DNA of 64,000 nucleotides from Octopus vulgaris (taxonomy: Eukaryota), in contig OX597817.1 in assembly GCA_951406725.2 (NCBI GenBank), positions 25,234,001-25,298,000 on the forward strand, read 5' to 3'. The notes under the pieces are model-generated. The model was not told the DNA's origin. It was given only the letters and a program-made list of their open reading frames with translations, and did not search any database. Positions 12,519 through 24,872 of this stretch are shown in pieces (the stretch's first letter is position 1; the number at the start of each line of letters is the position of its first letter). Both the position numbers and the translations under genes were made by a program.

Positions 12519-14060
12519 GTTTTGCATGCATGTCATGACTCAATTCTGAATTAATAATGTGTATGTATTCTGAATGTACACAACTGAGCTTCTGGAAGTA
12601 TAATGTGTATGCACACTATATATACTCAACTGAGCACCTATACTAAATGTCCTAGTCAAGTTTATAACTGTTGCTTCCTCACTCCCACTTCCAGGTAACT
12701 AGGTCTCTCCTCTGGGCCACTTCCTATTGACATCTATTTCTCATTTTTACTATCAGCACTCTTCCATTCATATTTACCACCAACAATACTATCTTTGTCC
12801 ATATCCATCTCTCCCTGCTACACTTGCAATATTTAGCCCCATCCCTGAACTCCCTAACATTCTTCTATCAACATTATTATTCTGCTTCTGTAAGTAACAA
12901 AAGCAGTATCTTTTACTACTTAATATATCATATCACCCTTTCAATTGTGCATGTGGTGTAGTGATTATGAGTGCAGTCTACTAACTCCAGGATTCCGAGT
13001 TCGATTCCATGCAGTGACTCCCTCTCCTCTGAGCTATTCCTGATATCTTTCTCTCACTCTTATAATTCCCCTGCTCGTATTTACCATGAAACAACTCAAA
13101 CCATGTTCCTCATTCACAGTATTCATCTACATACATCTGGCTATATCCACCTCATATTTCTATCCATTCCTCACTGTTTGCCACACTTTACAACCCTACC
13201 CATACATCTCACTTCTTCTGTATTCACATTTTCTATGTTCACATTCTTGGATATGGTGCATCAATGGCTCGTTCTTATTTCTTTTATTGCCCACAAGGGG
13301 CTAAACATAGAGGGGACAAACAAGGACTGACAAAGGAATTAAGTCGATTACATCGACCCCAGTGTGTAACTGGTACTTATTTAATCGACCCCGAAATGAT
13401 GAAAGGCAAAGTCGACCTTGGTGGAATTTGAACTCAGAACGTAGCAGCAGACGAAATACCAGTAAGCATTTCACTCGATATGCTAACGATCCTGCAAGCT
13501 CACTGATGGCACATTCTGGTACCCTGTCAGCACCGTATTTACCTTTCTTTCTGGCACCACTCCAAGTCACCTCATCATCATCATCATCATTTAGCGTCTG
13601 CTTTCCATGCTAGCATGAGTTGGACGGTTCAACTGGGGTCTGGGAAGCCAGAAGGCTGCACCAGGTCCAGTCTGATCTAGCAATGTTTCTACGGCTGGAT
13701 GCCCTTCCTAATGCCAACCACTCCGTGAGTGTAGTGGGTGCTTTTTACGTGCCACCGACACAGGTGCCAGATGGGGCTGGCAAACGGCCATGAACGGATG
13801 GTGCTTTTTATGTGCCACCGGCAAAGTAGCTATGAATCTCCTCAACACCGTTAAACCTATTCTCCTCTTCTTAATTTCACTATTAATGAAGAAATTTCTT
13901 TAATCTTGCAAGTTAAGGTGACCTCAGTAGTGTTGGTGTCATAAAAAAAAACAGCCAGTTATCCTCTCAAAATTTGTTGGCATTATAAACATTAAGCCAT
14001 AGAAGCTATGTTAAAACTGAGACATTGAAGCAAGACCTGACCCACTGGATTTAGACAAAA

Positions 14061-14451
14061 TCTCTCTATATATAAAGCTGAAGTTGTCTGTGTATGACAG
14101 GTTTGGTAGCCTTCAACTAACACTATCTCCTCCGAGATCCTGCGGTGCAAGTTGACCAAAATTGAGAGTATGATAGAAGGCTTGCTCTTCCTTTCATAGA
14201 AGAAAAAAATTCAAATCGGACTATGTTTACACCAAAAATTATTTACATCAAAAAGGTGCTTTTTTTTCTATGAAAATCCCTATTCTTTACGATTTTTTGA
14301 CTGCTGTGTCGTCATTTTTCGGTGTATTTCAACCAGAAAAATGTTCACTTAAAGAGAATAACAAGCTACATAATGCAAAATTTTCACTTTTCAAAAATTC
14401 CAATTCTAAAGGGTCGAAACAAACCCGAGCAACGCCGGGCGATACTGCTAG
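14061..14451 (+). mobile_element. Non-autonomous Helitron, duplicate copy
   Basis: Same termini and hairpin as 8007-8397. Confidence 0.8.
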
Positions 14452-15423
14452 TAATTTATAAGATGCTTTGTTATATTTACAATATACTGGTTTTCAAAAT
14501 CCCAGACTGTTTCTGACAATCTACCAAACTTAGTAATAATCCTTTCTACAATAGGCACCTGGCCTGAAATTTTATAGAGATGGGGTCTGTCAATTACATC
14601 AACTGGTACATACTTTATCAACTCTGAAGTATGAGAAGCAAAGTCAGCCTTGTTGGAGTAAAAAAGTGGAGGTGAATAACAGTGTGAAATGTTAGTTGAG
14701 ATGCTGATATTTTGATATCTTTGCATCTCTGGTTATTTTTTATTCAGCTTGTTGACAATTTATAAGTCTCTAAATATTAATACAGTAAGCACTCCAATAA
14801 ACTCTTGGCTCAGAATGTATTTTTATGGGAAAATTATTTCTTGATCATTTTGAATATAACAGTGGTTGTATTTCATCATCATCATCATCATCATCGTTTA
14901 TTAATGCATATTATATCTTCAAGGGACCACTATAGAAATGCATCTCATAATACTCTCTCTTCGTTTTGTGTGTCTTTACCAATAATATTAATGTAATTGA
15001 GTGGTTCTTATCCTCTATGAGGATGCAAAAATCTCCAAAATATGAAATCTGATATGGCTTGTTATTTAGCTTGATAACAGTGGGTAGCAAAGCCTACACT
15101 GCATTGAACAATAAGAGTAGAGATGGAGGTAATGTATCTGTAAATATTAGGTTTCGTCTTGTGTTCACACTTACATGCTTTAAGACTTCATAAGTAAAGA
15201 GGGCAACCTCAATGCTTATTCTTCAGAGTCCAAAATTTAGCCCCATTGAGAAGAATGCTCTCTACACAATCCCTGAAAAATATTTTAGCCTTCTTCACTT
15301 TTGAATTGCTAGAGATTTGTCAGACGTATTATAGACTGTTCTATATTTAAGAGATGAGGAATTATGTACATTATTTAAATTATTTACACTTGACAGATAT
15401 TTGTCCTCGTCTTGTTTGTTGTT

Positions 15424-15469
15424 AACACAATATTTCAGCTGATATACCCTCAAGCCTTCATCAGGGGTC
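15424..15469 (-). ncRNA. Minimal type I hammerhead motif, degenerate
   Basis: Inverted partner of 15988-16033. Confidence 0.55.
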
Positions 15470-15537
15470 TTGGGGAAATTTTGAACCTGGGTTCTCACTC
15501 CTAAGGTATTTTTCGATGTTGTTGTTATTATTATCAG

Positions 15538-15592
<55 letters not shown>

Positions 15593-15900
15593 GTCATTAT
15601 TGGTGTTAGGAAGGGCATCCAGCCGTAGAAACACTGCCAGATCTGACTAGGCCTGATGAAGCCTTCCGGCTTAACAGACCCCAATTGAACCGTCCAACCC
15701 ATGCTAGCATGGAAAACGGATGCTAAACGATGATTATTATTATTATTATTATCATTATTTAGGTTACTGCCTGGAATTGAACTTGGAATCTTGGGGTTAG
15801 TAGTCCGTGCTCTTAACCACTACAGCCATGGGCATATGGCATAGTGGTTAAGAGCACAGGCTACTAACCTCAAGATTCCGAGTCTGATTCCAGGCAGTGA

Positions 15901-15938
<38 letters not shown>

Positions 15939-15987
15939 GCATCGAAAAATACCTTAGGAATGAGAACCCAGTTTCGAAATTTCATAA

Positions 15988-16033
15988 GACACCTGATGAA
16001 GGCTGGAGGGTATATCAGCCGAAATGTTGTGTT
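15988..16033 (+). ncRNA. Minimal type I hammerhead ribozyme motif
   Basis: gacac-CTGATGA-a-ggctg(gagggtatat)cagcc-GAAA-tgtt-gtgtt; stem I gacac/gtgtt, 5-bp stem II. Confidence 0.75.
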
Positions 16034-16479
16034 AACAACAAACAAGATGAGGACAAATATCTGTCAAATGTAAATAATGTAAATTATTATAGACTCTTCA
16101 TACAAGTCACTTACATGTAAGGAGGATGGTCAGAGGGTGTTTTTTTCCTTTTCTCTCTTTTTTTTTTACTGTCAGCTGAATAAAACCCAAAGTACTTCAA
16201 GTCATTGAAATCTTTGTGATACTTGCTATTGTCTGAACAAACTGGAAGGAAGACCTGGCTTACAATAAAGATTTATGAGATTTGACATCAGAGTAGTATA
16301 CTCTCATGAGTATATTTATTTAAGAAAATTCCTGAAAGTTTCTACTTCATTTAATTCTAACTATTGAGAGTTATAGAAAATTTGTCAAAATACAACATGT
16401 ACCGATGATATATATCTATTTATATATACTCATGTCGTGAACAGTTATTTCATTCAGTTTACAATATGCAATGCCTATG

Positions 16480-16488
16480 TATGTATGC

Positions 16489-16577
<89 letters not shown>

Positions 16578-17438
16578 TAGATAGATAGATAGATAGATAG
16601 AGAAAGAGAGAGACAAAGCGAGAGACAGACAGACAAAGAGCAAGAGAGAGTGAGAGAGAGAGATAAACACACATACTTGTGTCTGTGTGTCTTTGTGTTT
16701 CACACATGCCATTTCACAGCTGGTGTTAGTTTGTTTATGTCCCTGTATTTTAACCATTAAAGAGAATGGGATAAGTAACAGGCATAAAATAGGTACCAAG
16801 ATTGTTTTGTTTGAGTAAGCATATTAAGGTATATTCCTAGCATGACTGCAGACCAATAGCTGGCACAAGTGTAAGATTAAAGGTATACGTGTGTGTGTGA
16901 GTGTGTGTACATATATACATACGTACACACACACACACACACAGAAGTATGTATATACATACATACCTATCTATATATTTATATCTATCTATCTATCTAT
17001 ACAGAGAGGAAGATACATACATGCATACATGAATATAGACATACATAGAAATATATGTATCTATACATACATATATATGACTATATGTGTGTATAAGTGT
17101 GTGTTTATGTAAATATATAGACGTATATAATAAAACAGAAAGAGATTGAAATAAGTTCGAATTCAACAATAACATTCGAGTTTCTAGCTTGACAGTTAAC
17201 TATTAAAAAATAGTCATGTTTTCAATAATCATTCACATATTCATAGACACACACATACACATTTATGTATAGATTACAGTTAAGTTAGATGTATATATTG
17301 TTATACATAAATATATCGATACACACACAAACACACATATATATATAGATCTAGATGATTATAAATAGATATACACATGCATATGTGTTCATATTTATGT
17401 TACGTATGTGTTCAAATATATATACACATACATAAATA

Positions 17439-17477
<39 letters not shown>

Positions 17478-17615
17478 CACACACATATGTATATATATGC
17501 CCACATACACACATACATATATACATATATCTATATATAGGTATATATATATATACATACACATATGAATATATATATACTCATATACACACATACATAT
17601 ATACATATATTTATA

Positions 17616-17647
<32 letters not shown>

Positions 17648-17780
17648 CCCACATACACACATACATATATACATATATTTATATATATGTATATATCTAT
17701 ATATATATATATATATGTAACATGTGTATATCTTCCTTTATGGGTATGTATGTATGTTTGTATGTGTATACGTGTATATA
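16480..17780. repeat. (AT)n, (AGAT)n and degenerate AT/AC tracts with a SINE A remnant at about 16670-16885
   Basis: Directly visible. Confidence 0.9.
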
Positions 17781-18371
17781 TATTAGTAGAAATGATTGAT
17801 GCTGTTACAATATTAGACAGCAATGTAATAATGTTTTGAAATGAAGAAAACAAAATAAAACAATCAAATAGAAAACAACCAAAGCAAAATAATAAAATAC
17901 AATAAAACATAAGAATGTAAAACAGCACAAACATGAAAAATTATACATACAGCAGAATTCAGTGAAACTAATATTTAATATACGGAAATGGAAATATATC
18001 ATAAACATATCAAATTTAGGTTTTGGGAGTTGCATTGAGTATGACAACAGTAAAAATTATAACCAAATTACAATAGAATTTAGTTATCCAATATGGAAAC
18101 ATCGTTATAAACATATTTGTGATTATGCAGTAGAATCATTAGAGCTTTGGATAAAAATACACTCAGGTATATAACTTCAGACTCAGTGTGATATGCATTC
18201 AAATTCTGCTGAGGTTTACTTTGCTTTTCATCATTTTGAGTTCGACAAAATAAATTCAAATTGAGCACTGGGGTTGATGTCATCAGCTTATGCATCCTCT
18301 AAATTTGCTGACCTTGAGTCAAAATTTGAAACTATTACTATTATTATTACTATTATTATTATTATTATGTG

Positions 18372-18708
18372 AAGGGGCGTGGCTCAGTGGTTAGAGCGTC
18401 GAGCTTACGATCGTTAGGTACTGAGCTCGAATCCCAGACCAGGCTGCGTGTTGTGTTCTTGAGCAAGACGCTTTATTTCACGTTGCTCCAGTTCACTCAG
18501 CTGTAGAAATGAGTTGCGACGTCACAGGTGCCAAGCTGTATCGGCCCTTGCCTTTCCCTTGGATAACACTGGTGGCGTGGAGAGGGGAGGTCGGTGTGCA
18601 TGGGCGACTACTGGTCTTCCATAAAAACAACCTTGCCCAGACTTGTGCCTCAGAGGGTAACTCTCTAGGCGCAAGCCCATGGTCAGTGTCTGACCGAAGG
18701 GGATCACA
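18372..18708 (+). mobile_element. tRNA-derived SINE family D with CORE-like block
   Basis: gtggctcagtggttagagc A box, ctcgaatccc B box, ttcttgagcaagacgctttatttcacgttgctccagttcactcagctg; flanked by (ATT)n. Confidence 0.8.
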
Positions 18709-18728
18709 CTGTCACACTATTATTATCA

Positions 18729-18765
<37 letters not shown>

Positions 18766-18779
18766 CGTTATTATTATTA

Positions 18780-18897
18780 AAGAGACTGGGCATTGGAGAG
18801 AGAATCACTGATAAGAGCGATGTCGTCAGCAAAGTCAGTGTCTGTCAAGTACTCAGCTGGGTGTCTGGAACTTCTTCTTGGTTTTATTTCAAAGCCC
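18780..18897 (-). pseudogene. Short RTE-like RT fragment
   Basis: GFEIKPRRSSRHPAEYLTDTDFADDIALISDSLSNAQSL, containing the FADD catalytic motif. Confidence 0.8.
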
Positions 18898-18949
18898 TGA
18901 TCATATATGATCAGCCACTGGTAGACATGCTCAGCTTGTTAATTGACAG

Positions 18950-19260
18950 TGACAATGCTCTTCTCAATATGTGTGACATACCAGTTAAAACAATCTTTTG
19001 CACTTCTTTCATGAATTGTAAGCCAGGGATCATGTTCAAATAATTTTCAGTTCTTGTTTTGATCATTCCAAGTGCTCCTACAGTCGCTGCTATTGTAACT
19101 ATCTTGGAATGCCACGTTATTTTGATTTCAATGAGCAAATCTTTATATTTTCTGAGCTTAAATCCTTAAATTCTTAAAAATGTTTTAGCCCGAAGGCCAC
19201 GGCCATGCTGGGGCACCACAGCTTGTCAAATTCTTTGGCTGAGATATTATCATTAAGGCT
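18950..19260 (-). pseudogene. C-terminus of an RLE-endonuclease non-LTR retrotransposon (R2/R4/NeSL-like)
   Basis: KYKDLLIEIKITWH..TVGALGMIK....L..IPG....EVQKIVLTG.SHILRRAL. Confidence 0.7.
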
Positions 19261-19286
19261 TATTGTTATTATCATCATTATTATTA

Positions 19287-19685
19287 TTAATACAATGAGC
19301 TGCCAAAATTGTTAGCATGCAGTCAAAATACTTAGCCACATTTCAACCATCTTTATGTTCTGTGTTCAAATTCCATCAAGGTTGATGTAAAGAAGTACCA
19401 ACTGAGTGCTGGGGTCGTTCAGGCCTTGTACCTTTAGTAGATAGGAGTATTATTATCAATGTTATCAAGGCAGTGAGCTGGCAGAATCATTAGAACACCA
19501 GACAATATGTGTAGCAGCATTTCGTTCCTCTTTACATTCTAGGTTCAAACTTAGGCATGGTTGACTTTACCATTCATTCTTTTAGAGTTGATGAAATAGG
19601 CACCAGTTGAGCCTTGGGGTTGGTGTAATCAGCTAGCCCATCCCACCAAATGTCAGGTATTGAGCCTATAGTATAAAGAATTTTA
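19287..19685 (+). mobile_element. Two degenerate SINE C-related copies
   Basis: gagctg.cagaat..ttag, gttcaaa, gtaccaactgag motifs. Confidence 0.6.
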
Positions 19686-21717
19686 TTATTGTTGTTGTTG
19701 CTGTTGCTGTTTATCTTCAGTGCTGAAAGTTGGGAAACTCCATGAGTTTGTATCTTGTTAATCTGTTTTTGTTGATTTTATTGTTTTACTTTGATTTTTA
19801 GTTGACCAGAACCACGGAAGACTGACCAATCATTTTTATTGTTAGCTCTCTTGAACAAACTTTCAAAAGAAAGAATATTTTTGAAAGTATAGAAATAATT
19901 TTCAAAATAGTTTCTGTCTTTGCTGACCAGTTAGCAGAAATCAAGTAAGATGGGAGATTTTGAAAGTTACACCATCTTCTGAAAACCTCTCCTGATTCTG
20001 GATCTGTGAGGTTCCTTGATTGGCACTAGTTGGAGGCTCTTTTGCATTAAGAGAATTGTACAAATCCATGTGTTCACATATTTTGCGTTCTAGTTATATT
20101 TGTAATCCTATTTCCCCACCTCCCTTTCTTTCCCTGATATTTTTATGCATACCCTTGTGCAAATTGTAAAATGTCCTAGTGACTATTTCTCCTTACCCTC
20201 TTTTGCAAACCTAACCAAAAATTGTAAGCTGTCCTCCTTATTGATGCCCCTTTTAAAAATAAAAGATGTAGTATAAATTCATACATTACTTGGTGGTGGA
20301 TTGCTGGAACAATTAGAGCACAAATCAAAATGCCTTATGTTGTTTCTTTCTACTCTTTATACTCTGCATACATAAACTATCTTTGATTTCCTGCTCATCT
20401 ATAATCTCAGCTCTTATTTTCTAGTACTTGCTTGCTGCTTTCCCTCTATACTCAGATTCACTCGTTTCATCATCTCCCCTTCTCCTCAGATCACTCTTAC
20501 ATTGTATCAACCCACAGACCCAGAGCAAAACATTTTCTCTTGTAGCGTGATTTCCAAGTCAGATTCTCTAGGGTATTGTAGACAATAGTTAGGAATGTTA
20601 CAAGGTTTTATACTTTGATAAGACAATGTACAAATATTATTGAAGTCTGAGCTCCATAAACTGAAGTGTTTGGAAAATGTAAGGGGATACACTTAAGGCT
20701 TAAAAGATTTTCTTTTGAGGTTAATATTTCCTCAACTAGAATAAAATAAGAGTGTCATATGCCTTAAGTATACACATAGGATGATCGTTTCTCAGATATT
20801 TTGGAAATCCCTATTCTATTCCTTTCACTCTAGAATGGTAATCTCTAAAATACCTTCGCTACATTTTTTCTAGTGAGACTGACCAGCAGGTGTCCAAGAT
20901 AAACTTCAAACACATCAACCTCTGCTGTTTGTGCAAATGCCAGAGGTGCTGTACCACCTCTGATTATCTTAAATATATTAACCCTAGTTACCCTGGTAAC
21001 ATGGCAAATTGCTAGCAGTGATAGAGTGTAGACTAGATTCTGGCAATGCTTGTTCTGAATTTTGGCACTTAGAATTTAATTCCTGCTAAGCTCAAATATA
21101 CCTTTCATCCTTCTAGGACAGATAAATATTTTTCCAGTCTAGAGTGGGTGATTGGGGAAATTTTTTAGTGTTATGCAAGATGTCTTGTGGTTTCTGATGT
21201 AGCAGTTTGCATTCTCATAGCAAAGTCTGTTACAACACTGGTGCTGATGCTTGCATTTCTCTTAGACAATATTGGTGACATGGAGCGAGGAGACTTCCTG
21301 GTGCATGTGAATCAGAAACTTCCAGTTCTTCACCAAAAATCTTGCCTGATTTGCACCTTGGTGAGAACTTTTAAGATATAGATACTTTATAGCAGATGAA
21401 AAGATGCTTTTAATATAACTTGTACTTATTCAATCAATTCTCAAGTGTTGTGTAGTAAAATAAACCTCAGCAAGATTTTACATCTTTCTGACTACAAATG
21501 AGAATTTTAGTGTTAAGGCTCTGGCCAAAGGAGCTTACAATCAGATTTAAATTTGCTGTTGTTGTCAAGTCACGTCACACATGCACCACTTATGTCAACA
21601 TGAAAGGATTAAATGAATTAGATACAGGATTACCAATTAATAATTTATATGCTCCTATCTTCAGGATATGCTATATAATGTTTCTAGACAAAACACGTTA
21701 AAATTACTTTAACTACT

Positions 21718-21955
21718 TAGTGTTAGGAAGAGCATCAAGCCATAAAAAAAACCCGAAGCAGACATGGAACCTGGGTAGCTCTTCAGTTAGTCAGATTCTG
21801 TCAACCTGTCCAACCCATGCCAGCATGGAAAACGGATGTTAAATGATGATGATGATGAAGATGATGATGATATAATAGTTTAAACAAATGATTGCTGGAT
21901 CATGTAAGATTGCACCTATGATAGTTAAGATAGTGTTAACATCATCCTCTTCCTC

Positions 21956-21987
<32 letters not shown>

Positions 21988-22460
21988 CGTTTAACGTCTG
22001 CTTTCCATGCTAGCATGGGTTGGACGATTTGACTGAGGTCTGGCGAACCAGATGGCTGCACCAGACTCCAGTCTGATCTGGCAGAGTTTCTACAGCTGGA
22101 TGCTCTCCCTAACGCCAACCACTTTGAGAGTGTAGTGAACGCTTTTATGTGCCACCGGCATGAAGTCCAGTCTGGTGATACTGGTAACGGCCACGCTCAA
22201 ATGGTGCTTTTTATGTGTCACCTGCACAGGAGCCAGTCCAGCAGCGCTGGCAACGACACTGCTCAAATGTTTTTTTTCATATGCCACCAGCACAAGTGCC
22301 AGTAAGGTGACACAGATAATGATCATGCTCGAATGGTGTTTTTTTATATGCCATCGGCACAGGGGCCAGCTTGTTGCTCTGGCAACAATCTCGCTCATAT
22401 GGTACTCTTAGCGCTCCACTAGCACGGATACCAGTCATAGAATTTGATTTTGATTTCAAT
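21718..22460. mobile_element. Tail-to-tail RTE 3' UTR copies (21718-21870 +, 21957-22460 -)
   Basis: (gat)n and (cat)n tails; internal repeats of gtgctttttatgtgccaccggcac. Confidence 0.8.
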
Positions 22461-23512
22461 TATTGAATATCAAAAAATATAGATATAAATATTTATGGAA
22501 TGAGCAAACAACTTCAATTCTATGATTAGTATTAACTTAATCATTTTGGGAAGTTTAGGAAACAATGCCTGAATATGTTTCAGTGTTATAAAATCCCCTC
22601 AGCTAGCATCATTATTAATGCCAAAGTAGTGAAGAGAGAATCACTAGCTAGATGTACAATATTTTACAAGAGTAGACATGGAAAGTAAGGCTGTTAACTG
22701 AAGAAAAAATACTAGCTTTCTATTCATGTATATATTTAACTACAGTTTGCTACACATCATGAATAACAAGTTAAAGATTAGCTATTAAGGGTCCTCTTGG
22801 GTGTAAGGAACATCTATTTTACTTACAGTTTTATAATACCAATGTAAAATTCATGAACATCAAACAGTTACCTTTCCATTCTCCTATAAATTTGAATTAG
22901 AAGGAATCAATATATTTATAAGAAATCAATATATTTATAAGAAATCAATATCATACTTTGCATTATATCTCTTTTTCCATAATGAAACATTCTTTATTAT
23001 GAACAAGTTTCTATTTGTAAAAGGAAAGGAAAACAAGAAGTAAAAATATTAAAAGCAAATTCAAACTTTTATTGTTTGCATAATCAGAGCAATTAAAATT
23101 CTTGTCTAGTTTACTGAAATGCTAATTACATTTTAATCTTTTTATATCAGTTATATTTATGTTTTTGTTGCTGTAACTTTACTTTTTGGATTATTTATTA
23201 TTTTTTTTTTTTTGTTAACAGAATTTTATATTCTGTTTTAAGTTGTCCTTTTTTTCCTTTTTGTTCTTCATCTTTCCTGCCAAATCAAACACAGGCTGCT
23301 TTTCTCAAGAGAAATTCAGCATCGGTAAAATTTAACACTGAGATTTATTAAACAGTAGCAATTATAACCGTTTTACAGATTTTATTTTATTCATTTGATG
23401 AAGATGGGGCATTAATTAAGTGATGTTTTTAATTTTGTATTTGTTTTATGCAAGTTTAAAAATTCCATTACTTGAATTTGTATCTGAAATTGAAATTGAC
23501 TTAGTTGTCTGT

Positions 23513-23945
23513 ATCATCATCATCATCATCGTTTAACGTCCGCTTTCCATGCTAGCATGGGTTGGACTGTTCAACTGGGGTCTGGGAAGCCCGAAGGCTG
23601 CACCAGGCCAGTCAGATCTGGCAGTGTTTCTACAGCTGGATGCCCTTCCTAACGCCAACCACTCCGAGAGTGTAGTGGGTGATTTTATATGCCACTGACT
23701 CAGGTGCCAGACGAAGCTGGTGAACGGCCACTCTCGGATGGTGTTTTTTATGTGCCACTGACACAGGTGCCAGTCGAGGCTGGCGAACGGCCACACTCGG
23801 ATGGTGTTTGTTACGTGCCCACAGCACGGAGGCCAGTCGATGTGGTACTGGCTATGGCTATGTTCAGATGGTTTTCTTATGTGCCACCGGCACTGGTACC
23901 ACAAAGATACAAATTCCATTGATGTTCATCGATTTTGATTTGATA
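23513..23945 (-). mobile_element. RTE 3' UTR copy with tandem subrepeats of about 60 bp
   Basis: (cat)n tail and repeated gtgccactgac.caggtgccag units. Confidence 0.85.
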
Positions 23946-24872
23946 CAAAATTCTCGGTTCAAATCACAGCTCTCAATATTTTATTTATGTACAGTTGCAT
24001 AATTAATTTGTATTTATTGCTCTTCTTAATTCTATTATCTATTTACAAATGAAAAATAGTAAATCTGTGAAGCTGATAATCTCAGGAAACTGCAAGTCGT
24101 TAATAGCGTCCATTGATGAGTAAACCATGTAAATCATTAATAATGTTAATTCAAAATAACTAAATTACTTCCTTCTTTCAGTTTTGAAATATATAAAAGC
24201 TGTCTGTCTGCAGCTGTTAAACTGTTTTGGAAAAAATGCTTTCATTATTCTTGTAATAACCATATTAAATGCTTTGTGCTGATGTATGTACATCTTGCTA
24301 AGAATGATAGCCAAATCTTTCTCATGTCACAGCCTATGATAATCTTTTGATTATTAGTATTTTTGTCGTTAAGCAGCAATCCTTTTGCACAAGGCGTACT
24401 TTTTGAGTTCCAGATCATTACTGATCATGCTAAACCTATAATGAAAGGTGATCTTATATTAAGATATACAGTACATGGCCTTGCCTTTTCTTCAGGTTGA
24501 GTACCCTATCCTGCTCAAAAGTTCCCAGAATAAGGATTGCTTAAGGATGATGAACAAAACACCCATGTTTCCAGAGGTGAATTATTCAAATCGTAAAGAA
24601 TTCTTCTCAGCACATGGTTATGATGCTCCCCAACAACTCTGCTCATCATCAGAGAGGGCACATATCGTCAGCCACCAAGGGACATGCTCAACTGGTTAAG
24701 GTCAAGCAACTGACAAGCAAATCTGTGGTATTGAGCAGAATATTTGCTGTAGACCATCTTTTATACCATGACAAAACAATGTACATGATAACACTTCCAA
24801 TCAGTTAAGATCAAAAGCCATGTGAGCCACTACCTTTTACTGCATCAGGGCATTTAATATTATTATTATTAT

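Larger units (their letters stand above)
3495..15600 (+). repeat. Direct tandem duplication of about 6054 bp (3495-9548 and 9549-15599)
   Basis: Sequence and ORF track repeat at offset 6053-6054; only a few substitutions and homopolymer/microsatellite length differences seen. Confidence 0.97.
15340..16085. mobile_element. Head-to-head dimer of a tRNA-headed, hammerhead-tailed SINE
   Basis: Inverted arms centred near 15832; each arm is tRNA-like head + (AAT)n spacer + tail with hammerhead; RTE 3' end inserted at 15600-15735 in the left spacer. Confidence 0.85.

Noticed and set aside
15653-15675. CTGATGA followed by a small hairpin
   Set aside because: No GAAA half-core; part of an RTE 3' UTR
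18375-18445. tRNA-like sequences here and at other SINE heads
   Set aside because: No intact acceptor stems, and contiguous with SINE bodies; not called as tRNA genes
20870-20970. CANARGAVPPLII, resembling a pogo/DDE_1 transposase motif
   Set aside because: Too short; no TIRs or further motifs found
22130-22400. Regularly spaced gtgctttt.atgtgccac.ggcac repeats (also 23690-23890, 38670-38850, 49470-49620)
   Set aside because: Look CRISPR-like but are internal subrepeats of the RTE 3' UTR; spacers are related and there are no cas genes
24470-24860. GC-richer block ending in (ATT)n
   Set aside because: Probably the 3' end of another repeat, but single in this window and not classifiable
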